DNA from: Kudoa neothunni
Lineage: Eukaryota > Animalia > Cnidaria
DNA: 64,000 nucleotides
Assembly: GCA_964304625.1 (NCBI GenBank)
Contig: OZ199839.1
Span: 5,040,837-5,104,836 of the forward strand
Direction: 5' to 3'
Shown: positions 41,286 through 54,424 of the stretch, in pieces
Layout of the letters: the number at the start of each line of letters is the position of its first letter
Numbering within the stretch: the first letter of the stretch is position 1
Program-made: the position numbers and the translations under genes
Notes under the pieces: generated by a model
Databases searched by the model: none
The model's input: the letters and a program-made list of their open reading frames with translations, nothing else
What the model was told of the DNA's origin: nothing

Positions 41286-42589
41286 TACACATGAATAACT
41301 TTAGATGCCAACGTAATTTTTTTGTTTAGATATTCCTTCAATGTAATAAAATTTTCATTTACATTAACCACCTAAGTTTCTAAAAATTTGCCCATATTTT
41401 AATATTAAAAATAATAGATTAATCTTATAAATAAATTTCAATTTCTGATTTCAACATGTAAAAAATTAAATTAAACTACGCTATTGAATAGTAACTAAAT
41501 ATTATTCCATATTTTACAAATTTTACAAATTTACTTTGTAAAGCATAAAATTGACAAATTATCGTTAAGTACACTCAATTTTAGAAACTACATATTTATT
41601 TTGAATAAAAAGGACAAACAATGAATTTTATAGTGATAATTATTTTTTTTAAGCGCACCCAATTTATTTTCATAACATTTTTATATTTAGTATCAACAAA
41701 AATACAAGATAAAGTTAAAGTATCCAATTTTTAATAATTATACTATTAATTAAGGCATTTTTTATTCTCTAAGTAGTAATTTATTATCCGGTACGAAAAG
41801 ATTCGCGCTGATAATTTTTTAATGTAACAATATATACTATGTGTGATTAATTTACCCATTTACCAAAACCATTTATTAAACTAATCTTCTAAAAATTAGT
41901 TAATTTTATATCATCAATCTTTTCAATTAATTTGTAGCACAAATATTGTTGCATTTAATATCCATCTTGAACTTCAAATATATATATATCTTTTCAGTTA
42001 TTAAAACTACCATTACAATAAGATTTTCTTTATTTTAATATTTTTTGATTGATTTACCGACATCGAAGATTCCAAATATGCTGATTTTAATTGGAAATTA
42101 TTAAACGAGAATTTTCATTAAATCTCTGAGTTTATAAAATTTATCTGAATAAACTATAAAATACATCATTCAAATTCAAATAGCGGACACGATTGTAATA
42201 TTAAAGAAAACGACATTTCTGCTCCCTTTAAAACTTAACTCCTTATTTTATAGATTAATGTCAAAATTTTACCCCTTTATTGAAAATTCACGAAATAGTT
42301 ATAATTAATTCGATTTTTTTTAATAAATCATAATCTCATTGTTTATACTCATGCCAATAATATTTGACAATAAATAATAAAGTATGAGACTTTAAATATT
42401 TTAAATTCATTTAGAAATTGCATTACTTTAAAAAAAATTAAATACTTAGAAGCAATAATTGTAACATTTTCTATAATTAATACAATTATGAACATTGTAT
42501 CAAACTTAATAGTTCTAGATTTGTTTAAAATAATTTTAGAGTTGTAAAATTTATATCTAATGCGTGCGCACCCCACACAACAATACGAC

Positions 42590-44447
42590 ATGGACTCCTT
42601 GATCGAGGTTGTTCGATGCTACTGCGAGGAGAGAGAACGCGTCGAGGATGCAATAGTCCAGGAGTTGGTTTGCCGAAAGCACAGCAAAAAACATGAAATA
42701 AATTCTGGTCACATGGTTCGTCAACTGTTGGAATCGGCATAAAAAACTTTCTCTCAAAATATTGGAGATGTTTGGTGACAAAGACGGTACACTCAAATTA
42801 GAAACTGAATTGCTGTGTGGGCCGAATGAATTTGCAGAATTTTACGGCAAGTTGAGATCAATCAAAGATCATTATCGCCGATTTTCCACTGAAAATACCA
42901 CTATGGACGCAATGACATTGGAATTTCAAAAGATGAACGAGGAACGAATCAAAGAGGTGGAAGACGATCAAATGATTGTAAAATTTACAGATGAAGAAGG
43001 TTTTGGACGATATCTCGATCTACATCAGCATTATACCAACTTTCTAAATCTCCCCAATACTATTCACAATGGATCCAAACCTATCAGCTATTTAAAGTAT
43101 TTGGAAAACTATGAAAAATTATACAAGATGGATGAAAAAATTCGAGAATCAAAAGGTTATCGTGAACAATATTTGATACCATTGTACAACTATTTGGTGG
43201 ATTTTGTACGAAGAGCCATCCCATTGTTGAATGTCGAAATGGAATTGGCTAAAGCTGATCATATTTTTGAGATGAACGTCGAAAACAACTCGATACCTGG
43301 AATAAATCTCAACTCTTACCAGTCAGTATCACATCCCTGAGTCAAATCAACAGAGTGAATAGTTGTCTGTGTGAAGTTAGTTGATTCCAATTTTCAAGGT
43401 TTGACGTGTCAAATTGATTTGGGAGCATGCAATAATGCTGACCAATTGATGTCCTATGGAATGGATAATCTCAAAATTGCCCTCAAATCTATGGGATTGA
43501 AATGTGGAGGTGATTCTATTGGAATAATTCCGTTTTTATTTCGCTCCGTCAATTCAAAAACTTCTAATTAGGTACGCTTAAAGAGAGGGCTGAACGATTG
43601 TTCTCAATCAAAGGTAAAACATTGGAAGAAATCCCATCAAGTATCAAACAAAAGTCTACCTCTAATCCAGCCAAATTGGTGCGACGTGGACTTCCAACGA
43701 GAGAATACATTATGGATGTGACAAAGATTGAAGCTAGAGTATGCGAATCTATGCATTTGCTGAAATCTGTCACAAACTAAATAAATATGTAGATCTATCA
43801 TTTGGCGTACCTGTTACACGCTATTCGATTGGAAACTATCGAAAATGTTGAAAGAAAGCAATCTCGGACCGTTGACGAGCTGTTGAATGAAGAGGAAGAT
43901 GAAGCTGCCAATGTGGAAAATGACATCACTGCTACTGATGAACATTTTTCCAAACGATGAGGATCAAGATCCTGCAATATACAATCCAAAGAATCTACCT
44001 CTCGGTTTTTAAATCATTGATATGAGCGATTTTTGTTTATATCTGTGTAGATATTGATGGTAAACCCATTCCTTACTGGTTGTACAAACTGCATGGATTG
44101 AATCTGTATTATGATTGTGAGATATGCGGAAACACCAAATATCGAGGTCCAAAAGCCTTTCAGGTATGAGTGATTGGATATGGTGCTTTTGTTTATGCTT
44201 GATTTTGTAGCGTCATTTTTCTGAGTGGAGACATGCTCATGGAATGAGATGTCTTGGAATCCCTAATACTCCTCATTTCCATAACGTTACCAAAATTGAC
44301 GATGCAGTAGCTCTATGGAACAAAATCAAACAGGACCGTGAAGTTGAAAAGTGGGATGCCGATAACGAGGAAGAGTTCGAAGACTCGGCTGGAAATGTAG
44401 TTAACAGAAAGGTTTATGAGGATTTGAGGAAACAAGGTTTGCTTTGA
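42590..44447 (+). CDS. SF3A3: Splicing factor 3A subunit 3 (Prp9/SF3a60)
   Basis: [29 protein letters not shown]|[41 protein letters not shown]...[29 protein letters not shown]; 5 short introns; three +1 frame breaks near 42730, 43335 and 43945. Confidence 0.96.
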
Positions 44448-44849
44448 GTGTAGAGTTTATTTTTTCACATTTCTTAATATTCGACTATATGAGGGCTTTT
44501 TTCATGTTGATTTGAAGAGATAGAACTTTAAGGCGATCTTAAATAAATAAAATAAGTTTTATAAGAAACTGTTTTTCTAATTTTCATCTATATTTTTTAT
44601 ATGGATAAAATACTTAAATCGATGACTTTATGGACGTGTGATTGAATCAATGATTCCCAACTTAGGGTTAGTGGATCCCCCAGGAAGCTCGCGCATTAAT
44701 TTTTGGAACTTTATGGGAGGGGTTTTACTCTTAAAAAATAAAGAAGGCGGTGTTTATTGGCCCTTGAAGCGCATCTACAAACAATAATGATCAAATATAT
44801 TTTACACTATTTTCAAAAATAATAAAATATTATTTATATCAGTCAGATA

Positions 44850-45450
44850 ATTTATTGATATTTAATTTCAATCTAGTAATTATACGTCTTCATTTAATTT
44901 TCAAAAAAAACTATATTAATTATGGTTGAATATTCTTAAACGCTGATCTCATATAATGTTGGTTACATGTAAGATACCGTAATTATCGTCAACAGGTTTT
45001 TAAATATATGACATGCTTCTAGAAACTTATTAAGATTTTGGAATTTAATTTTTAAACGATACTTCTGAATAAATCCGTCTTATAATAACTAGTTCCGTCA
45101 ACAAAATAAACAGTATTTACTCTACTATTTAAATCATTGAATGATATTACGGATATAATTTCATGTGACATTGTAATCTTAGATCACATCATTTTTGTGC
45201 GCTCTCAATGACTTTGCGATTTATTATGGAAATGTTATTTTTGTCCTGAAATTTAAACTGTTAGATTCTCAACTGCAACACTGAAAAACGACAAAGCGTG
45301 TCAACAACGTAAAAAAAATATTCTCTTTGATGTTAACATTATTATCTTCCACATTACTTTCAATGCTGTTCATTGTGTACGTGTAACTACGCTACCCTAG
45401 GTACAAGATTCATAAAATGCATCGTTATATCTTTATGTTGATGCTATGGC
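44850..45450 (-). pseudogene. Possible MULE transposase remnant
   Basis: YFVDGT motif near 45092-45110 on the minus strand; heavily decayed. Confidence 0.3.
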
Positions 45451-47099
45451 TAATCAATAAATTTTTTCATAAATTTCCACGAAAAATATAACAATACAAT
45501 GTAAAATAAAACAATAAAATTTGAATGACATAACCAAGCCACATCGGTGATACTTCCCAATAGGAACGACTAATATATTAAATGTATGTTTTTAAACGTT
45601 GTAATATAACAATCATAAAAACAACCAATCCTATTTTTCTTTTTATAGTGCAAAAAAGGAAAAACTATCGTAAATTCCTGACTTTAATCACAACCAAATT
45701 TATAAACATAATTCTGGAACAATACCATCACACATGTAAATACGTGGTTAATAAACTTAGGGGTTGGTATTCATTTTGCTTATCTAGTTGGGGGTCCTTG
45801 AACTAAAAAGGTTCGGAAGCACTAGATTGAATGATTCAATTATACTAGTCATTGGTAGTCTGTGGCTCTTGGTGATTAAAACTACATACAGTCTTATCTC
45901 TATTATTCGTGATAGATTCATTATACAACTATATAGCTTACTGCAGATAAGTGAGTCGCTCTTAAAAATTGACTCCTAGCGTTTTTTATCGTGGCTTATC
46001 TTTATGTTAAAATATTAGCACAAATATTTTTGGCAATTCATTAAGGTCCAATATAAAAAGAGTTATTCGGTCCAAATAAATCATGAGGTGGAATCCGAAT
46101 TTCGCGTAAATAACTTTATTTAAAGGAACTATTCATTTAAGCAACGAATATGTAATGAAATAATCTTTCTCTTCGTAATTTATGTAATCAAAATTCTATT
46201 ACAACAAAGTAAAATATTTGCAACAAATTATTTTTTAAGTAAGATACGTAGGAATAACAAATATCTAATAAAACTAATTCTTATGTTAATAATCTATTAA
46301 ATATATATTTATTTAAATTATTTTAACAATTATTAGTTTATATTGTTCTTATTTTACGTTTATTACTTCATTGACGTTCAAGGTTGTTTTAGGTTATTAA
46401 TTGATCACTCACTTTTCGTGATAGGATTTTTCTTATAATAATATCAATTATTCGTAAATAACAAAATTTATTTGAGTTTAAATTTTTTTCATTTATACAC
46501 TTTGTGGAATTTAAAAAATGACACAATTTTATCACTTATCAAATAATTAATCATTTTTTGTTTATACATTGCTAAAGCATATTTCAAAAGATTAATTACA
46601 AGAAAACGGTTTATGTATTCAATATAGTATAATTTAATAATTAACTTGATATAATTATGATTTTACATGAACTATTCATTGAAATAGGAATGAAATAATG
46701 TAAATTTACAAGTCACGTAATAATATATATAAGAGGATGGATGGTGCGTTATAATAATCCAATTGGAACGAATGATATTAAAATAATCAATCCTCCTAAG
46801 AAGAAACAAAACCAACCTGTGTCTCATTTTCAATAATTCATTCTTTTTTAATCAATAAAAAACGATAGATGTTACTAAGTTTTCAATAAATATAAAATGC
46901 GTTAATTTTTCAATTGTGTAATTAAATTATTGTTTTCCTCGCAGATTAATATATTCTATAAATGATAATATTTAAAGTAAAACTTATAATAAGGACAATA
47001 TAAAATTCATTTTGTTTATTTCATCGATGAACTTCGATACTAATTAAAATTATTTTAGGGTTAATGTTATGAGTTCGAAATGGCGCCAACTCACCGCGC

Positions 47100-48515
47100 T
47101 GTCCAAAGCGTTCACCATTTAATGTGTATTAAAAAAATAAAATTATAAATCAATATAATTAAAAAATTCTGACGATCTATTAAGAAGTTATAAAATTTTG
47201 TTTGCATTTGAACTATAAATTCAAGTTGTTGGACCGAAAAATTAGTCACATCCTAATGAATTTCATATTTAAGATTAAATTTGATAGCGTCATTAGTTAC
47301 TTCACAATAAAAAATGATATTTTTATTAGAGGAATCTCGTTTAAATAAGGATATTACTGGAGTAAACTGAGGGTAGCGCCTCAATGATATGTTTCTGACT
47401 ATCGATTTTTAAGAGCAACAATTATATTATTGTACAATTTCAGTTAGTATAATTTTAAATCAATAAAGTTTTTTAGTCACTCATATTTAACCATTTTGGG
47501 TTTCCGCACGATATTTTGTTGTACAAATATTTTTCGAATGCTTTATCAAATTTTTTACAAAAATGACTCAATCCTTATATGAAGAATTATTTTATCCAAC
47601 TTTGACATTTGTACTAATCATATACACCTAATTTCTGGAGGTTGGCTAATCAAGAGTCAAACAGTCCAATAATTTCACCGAATTTCATTACTCATTATTC
47701 AGTTGTCAGCTATGATACTTAGCTGAAGTTAATATATTTTTGAAATTTCCTTTTTCCAAAATTTGATCACTGAGAAAATATCCGCGGGAACCCGTAGGTT
47801 TACTGTAATGAAAAAAATTCAAAAGTATACAAAAGAATTATATTTTTACATCCCAATAACCTTTTTTAAACATTAAACAATAGAGCTTAGCGAGTCAAAA
47901 TTGTTACCCGTACTAAAATTTATTTCTTTCATAGCACACAGTATGGCAATGTGTATATAGAAAAATGAAAAAAACTAGGTTGCTCTAATGATTATGACTC
48001 TAACGATGATTTTAAATTATTCGTAAAATGCGTAACGTCACTCGCTTTCGTTCCACCTAATTGTGTGAAAAAAGAATTTGAAAAGTTACGAGTAAAATCT
48101 GAAAATTTTCTAAATATTGCCAACATAGATTCCTTCATGGAATACTTTGAAAACACATATATCATGATCTCTGAATTTCCAATGCAAACGTAGAATGGTT
48201 TCGACAGAATATTGCGAAATATCAAATAGACATCAAATTCCGCTGAGATTTTCAATAGGCATTTTTAATTTTTACAGTCGTTTCGAACTATCTCATTCCG
48301 TGATACACACTTTTATTCAAAAATTAAACGAGCACCAAAGCAATGTGGAGCAAGATATTTTTTTTCAAATATGAAACCCAAATATGGGACCTTATGGGGA
48401 GAAAATAAGCGAAAAGTATGAAAAATTGAAGCAAATATGTCTAAGCCACGATGAATACTACGACACATTATATTTGGAGGCGATCGCTAGGACTTATAAT
48501 TGGAGGATAAAATAG
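47100..48515 (+). pseudogene. MULE/Mutator-type transposase remnant
   Basis: FLTIDF*, TSNSAEIFNRHF and HSVIHTFIQKLNEHQ resemble MULE C-terminal motifs (RTNN..E.FN; HP.I..FI..L); many stops. Confidence 0.5.
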
Positions 48516-48725
48516 ATTTTAAATAACAAAAATATCATAGTCTGCACTAAATGTAATAGCCATATACATTTGATTTAACTGCGCTTTCCTCATGCAATAT
48601 GAAGCATGCGCATTACGCAAATTCCGGCAAACTCTCCGCCTTATGCTTTTTTAAACATTAAACGATAGAGCTTATTGAGTCAAAATTGTTACCAATAATA
48701 AAATCTATTTCAATCATGGCAAACA
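47861..48725 (+). repeat. Diverged direct repeat pair of about 80 bp (about 47862-47940 and 48647-48725)
   Basis: TTTTTTAAACATTAAACRATAGAGCTTA..GAGTCAAAATTGTTACC is present twice. Confidence 0.75.
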
Positions 48726-48757
48726 ATTCATCAAACTAAAAAAGATAACTCCGTAAT

Positions 48758-50284
48758 GGTAAAGTATGTGACTCCAAGAAAACATCATCTTGCGTCCGTT
48801 TTTTCTTTTGCGATTATCAATAATAAATCAAAAGAATATTGAGTGCAAATAAGTTACTTCTAAATGTTTGCCTAATTCTCCCTCGACTACAGTCGGATAC
48901 ACGTGTAATCCACGTCGTTTTGCAATAGATACCGAAAAATAGCTGATTATTTATTTTTTCCGCAAATTATCCAAAATTTCTAATTCATATTATTCTTAAT
49001 AAAAACGATATTAAATTTTTCTGTGTTTGTTTGCCGCGTGAAAATCGCGATAATGGAGCTTTTAAGTTTAGAGGGGACGATGACTTTTTCTGTTTGATTA
49101 ATGATCATGATAGGTTATTCTAAAAATTAGTAACGAAGGGTTACCTTAAAGCTGCTACAAAAAGATGTTTAAATTATTGGATTTTTTAAACCTTTACTTT
49201 AAAAAAGAGAAAATTAAATGCAAGGAGACCGATGACAGAAAATGCATGCTACGAGAGAAATTACATTGATTATTCCTTCACTTACAGCTGTAGAAAATAT
49301 TTATCTTCTGCGAAATAACGACTTGAGGTAGTTAAGGTGTAAAACTAGTGTTTCCCCTTGAAACGGTACGTTTTTCTCTAGTATGGCTTCCGTCAGTTTA
49401 ACAAACAAATTAACGATAATAAAATATATATTCATTTATAAAATTCTATATTAAAATTTGAACGAGAAAATCTTCATGAAACTGGTTGTACGTCCAAGAC
49501 ATTGCATAACACTTCAGCTGCGCGTTAACAGCATGATAATTGTTGCAAACAACGATTTTGGCGTAGCATACAGATTAAAATTATAGATTATTTCATTTCA
49601 AAGTTTAATTATATACTATAACAATAATAAAACATCATTTTATTAATTACATATTTTATATCCTATTTAAAAAATAAATAGATAAATATACGATTTATTA
49701 TTTGTAAAAGTTTTCCAGTTTAATATCATAAGACATAAAATACATACTGAAGTATTTTTAATTAATGCCTTTCTTCAATTTTATAAACAATAATATCAAT
49801 GTACGATTAATATAATTATCATTAGTTTCAATTTCGAAAGTAAGTGATGTATAAAAATTATTTCACTATTAATAATGTACTAATAAAAATTTATAAACTA
49901 AAATAAACAATGATAGATATTACTAAATGATTTAAAAGTTAATTTAGCATTTAGGAATAAAGATAAGATGACACATTATTTCATAATATAAGACAAGCTT
50001 ATTTAGAAGGTTTTTACGCTAACTTTGGTATGTAAATGTTAAGAAAATTTAAATAATGGTTATAATATATTAATTAGGATAAAATAAGAAAATAATCAGC
50101 TATTTTTCGGTATCTATTGCAAAACGACGTGGATTACACGTGTATCCGACTGTAGTCGAGGGAGAATTAGGCAAACATTTAGAAGTAACTTATTTGCACT
50201 CAATATTCTTTTGATTTATTATTGATAATCGTAAAAGAAAAAACGGACGCAAGATGATGTTTTCCTGGAGTCACATACTTTACC
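48758..50284. mobile_element. Young non-autonomous DNA transposon with near-perfect TIRs of about 195 bp (Merlin- or Mutator-like)
   Basis: 48758-48952 is the reverse complement of 50090-50284 with about 2 mismatches; termini GGTAAAGTATGTGACTCC; GATAACT occurs just outside both ends (offset on the left); decayed internal coding-like text. Confidence 0.88.
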
Positions 50285-50476
50285 GATAACTTCATTGTTT
50301 TCATTTACAATTTTAGCTTATCATAATTTTCGAATTATCAAATTAAAAAGTTTACTCAAAAATTTATAATAACATCGAATCAATATTTATTTTAAAGGTT
50401 GGAATAGAAAGGGGCCACACGTCACAATCAAAATTTATAATCGTGTGATCTCGAATGAAGTCGCCATAACATCGTG

Positions 50477-51665
50477 ATGGTTAAGGAAGACCGGACCCCT
50501 TCAGTCAAATCGTTTCAAAATATCAAAAATAAAATTCGCCGAAACGATGCCTATTTGAAAGCTAAACGACAGACGTGTATTGATAAGGCGAACCGCCGAA
50601 AACGCAAAAGAACTGATCCAGAACATGAAGAATCAGCAGTAAGATTGCGAAATCTTAAACACACTTGACGTGATATTAATATTTAAGACTGTTCTCAAAC
50701 AGAGAACAATCGAAAATATGCGCGAATATGACGAAGATCAATTAGTGGATATTGTTGACAATACCGAAGACGCTAATAATCCATTAAAAATCGACGATGA
50801 ATTTGTTGATTATTTTGAGAAAAGTGTCACTCCTAAGATTGCAGTAACAATTTCCTCCGATAAAAGACCTTCGAAAGTGAGTTTTTGTTATTGTTGTTGA
50901 ATTGGTGAACGAGATTCGATTTAAGTTGTTGTATGAGTTGGCGGAAGAATTCTGCCAAGTATTGCCCAATGCAACTCTCATTAAAAAGCGAGGCATGCGA
51001 GTGAATAAATTCTCAAAGGAACTACTTCAACAGGGATTCACTGACATGATTCTTTTTGGTGAGGACAAAAAACAACCGAGTAATTTTGAGAAAAATCGCT
51101 CACTATTTGATAGATTTACTAAATAGATCGTATGATTTTGTCACATTTATCAAATGGAGGTTTGACAGCAATGTTCAAGCTCTCCTCTTTGAAACTTCCC
51201 CAACAAATTCATAATCACGGTCAACAAACCGATCACAAACCCGAGCTCATTCTGAACAATTTCACTACTGTCCTTGGGCATCGTGTTGGCACAATGTTTG
51301 CTGTGTTGTTTCCACATATGCCTGAATTTGAAGGTCGTCAGGTTGCTACGTTCCACAATCAAAGGGATTTCATTTTTTTCCGTTATCATCGGTACGTTAG
51401 TTAATTTTTGTTGAGACTTGATTGATAAATTCGACAAATAGGTACATTTTCGAGGGAGATAAGCGTGCTGGTCTTCAAGAATTAGGTCCTGAATTCACTC
51501 TGAAGTTGAAATGGGTTCAAAAAGGTTTCTTTAACAACAACGACAACGCTCAATACGAATGGTTCTTAAAAGTACTGTGTTTGTATTGCCTCGCTTCGAA
51601 TGTTTACTTGTCTATCTGTTTAGCGTCACGAAATGGAAACTTCTAGGAGGAAGTTTTTCCTTTAA
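50477..51665 (+). CDS. RPF1: Ribosome production factor 1 (Brix domain)
   Basis: [102 protein letters not shown]. Confidence 0.95.
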
Positions 51666-51841
51666 ACTCTTTATACAGTCATTAGGTGTATTATATTGTA
51701 GAAAATTTATTTGGTGGAATTTTTTGTATTAAAAATAATCATGTTTTGTAATTTACTCTGCGCGCAATAAAAATTTCTAAATAATAACACACGTAAAATA
51801 CGCGTATGAGCGTAAAATATTTCTAAACTACGACCAATCAT

Positions 51842-52770
51842 TTATTCAGATACAAATTTGTTGTGAGGTTTGCTAGGAGTTATTGATTTTGACTCATTTC
51901 GAGTTAAACCTGAGTGATCGTAAGTTGGCCATCGATTTCAAAATTTATTACTTTCAGCTGCATAATTTTCTAATGTTACAGTGGGACCATATCGTTTCTT
52001 TAATCGATAATTGGCCTCATTTTGAAGACGCTTATCAAATAAATCCTTCGTATAGATTTGATAGAAAATTTAAAAATACCTCGATTTTATGATCTAATTT
52101 ATTTTTAGCAGTCATTAAGGTTGTTATAAAATCACTTTGAAGCTTCAATAAACTCACTACACCTACAACACATGATCATTCAATTTAAAAATATTTCGAA
52201 AACCACTTTCGATGGTCATATTTTTGGAAGGTTTTTGAGTGAGCTGATTAGTTTGCGCAATAATACACTCAGCACTGTCAGTAAGAATCGACAGCAGTTT
52301 TTCATTCTTTTTGATATTGTTGAATATGTATTCAAGAGATTCTTCGTCGGAAGTTTCATTTTTTTGAGACAGTTCCAAAATATACAATGATTTTCTAATC
52401 TAATAAAAAGTTTAAACGTTAATGGAGAAATTTTAAATGAATCTGTTGTTAAACACTTCTTCCAATTCCTCATGGAGTTGATCCCTTTTAGAGGTGGCCC
52501 TTTCAATAAACGGATCTATCAATCCAATACTCTTAATGAATATTCGTTATAAAATATTAACAATTACATCACGATAATTACATAGGTGAGATTATTGCAT
52601 GATTGACGAATAGTGCTGAAATATGCGTCAGGAATGTCTGAAATCGACTTTCCCGTCCATGTTTCACTATCAATATGAGCTCTAATTGATGAGTTAAAAA
52701 AACCTATTTCACATAAAAACCTCAGTTGTTTTACAACTTCCAATAACTCCTGTGGAGTAGCATTGTCCAT
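51842..52770 (-). CDS. Hypothetical helical protein, multi-exon
   Basis: Exons MDNATPQELLEVVKQLRFL..., ERATSKRDQLHEELEE|IRKSLYILELSQK..., with a probable last exon LTRNESKSITPSKPHNKFVSE*; GT-AG introns; no family recognised; 3' exons uncertain. Confidence 0.5.
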
Positions 52771-54424
52771 TTACTTCTTTTGTGCGCGAAATCCACCCGA
52801 AGATGACCGATTGTTAAATTTTTATTTTGGTTGATATTTAAGTTTATTTTACATGCATATTTTTGAAACAACTTGTATTAGAAAAATAACGTTTGCTATT
52901 CCATTCTTTAAAATTTTCAAGGTTTCAATAGGAAAAACTTAATTATAATAACATACATTATATGGATAACTAATGAATCTCCCGGTCTTGTAATATGTAT
53001 TTTGCGCTAATAAAAACCCCTTTTTATCAAAAGCACAAATAATCCCATTATCAACCGGCTGCTGCCGGTTAAGTTGATACGCTACAATCGTATAACTTTT
53101 TAGGACAAAATAAAATCCCCAATATTGAGACACCAAATAGCGCAAACAATACAAACTATTATTTGTATAAAAATATTTGTTAATATTGCGAATTTTAATC
53201 TTTTTTTGACTGTTTTGTGTAATAATTGATTAAAAGGATTGTAACCCTCGTCAATATATGTACAACCGACATCAGATTGGTATGGCACTGCCGTCTTTAA
53301 TGCTAATAACGCAGGTTCGGTTTGAGTCCTTATGTTACATCTTATATTTTATTTCCACTATCACATTTAATATTTCTTTTTTATATTTTAGAAACACAAG
53401 GAATGCTTGTTTTTTAATAAATAAGAATAAAAATAGTCATTTTTTTTGCACGGGAAAAATTTATTTGGAATTCGAACACACTTCTAGAACGGATTATGGT
53501 CGAAGTCTGAGATTGCACTGTATTATTTTTTTTTCCTCATTAAGATAAAATTATCAATAAATATGCTAAAGTTTAACGAATTACGCAATATCAAGTTGCG
53601 CAGTATCGAAAGTTTACTGTAATTTATCTGAGACTTGATTTTGATTTCATGTTTATTAGAAATTACGATTATTTTTCTTTAAAAGTATTTAAGGATTCCA
53701 TTGATACTTACCTCACATTAGTGCTCAAAAAATTTAACATAATTTTAAGATACCTTTAATATTTATCACGACATCTGCAAAAAGTCGTTGAAATTCATAT
53801 GAGCTACAAGTTCGTTTAATTACGTGGAATTAATTCGTAGAGTGATATTGCCTTTCCTCAGAGTTCTACTGATGGTATTATTGAATATTCTATAAATCTC
53901 GTTGAAATCATTATACAAAAAAATTAAACTTTGTATCGACCCGACTGAATTTAGTAGATCTTCTAAATTCCAATTATTGAAGAATTTACCATAGTTAATT
54001 GGTTCACATTTAGCCGGGGTTTACCATGTTTCATTTTTGGGTCGTACTAATAATTGAAAAACGTCCATTCATGTGAGTTCACAAATTTTTGTTTAATTAC
54101 AAAGCAATGATGTAACTTTTCATTTCAAAAATTATGCGATTAGATTAAAAAATTAAATATTATAATTTTTTAATGTGCCTCAAAAACTTCATAAATATGA
54201 TTTTTTGGGCTGAATGAGATATTAGTTTAGCTTTTCGTTTTTTACAATAATATAAATTTTAAATAGGCCTATTCGTTTATAAGAAATAAATTAAAATAAT
54301 TATAAAAATAGATTTAAAATTATAATGTATTAGAACACAAAAAGTCAGAATATTGATTAAACACGAACAACTAAAGCACACTCATGGAACGCTCCGAACG
54401 GAACCGACTAATAATCAGGTTGGG

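Noticed and set aside
43739-43825. Apparent non-canonical (GT-AC or AT-AC) intron in SF3A3
   Set aside because: A canonical GTATGC...ATGTAG intron gives EAR|[19 protein letters not shown], which aligns without gaps to the orthologue.
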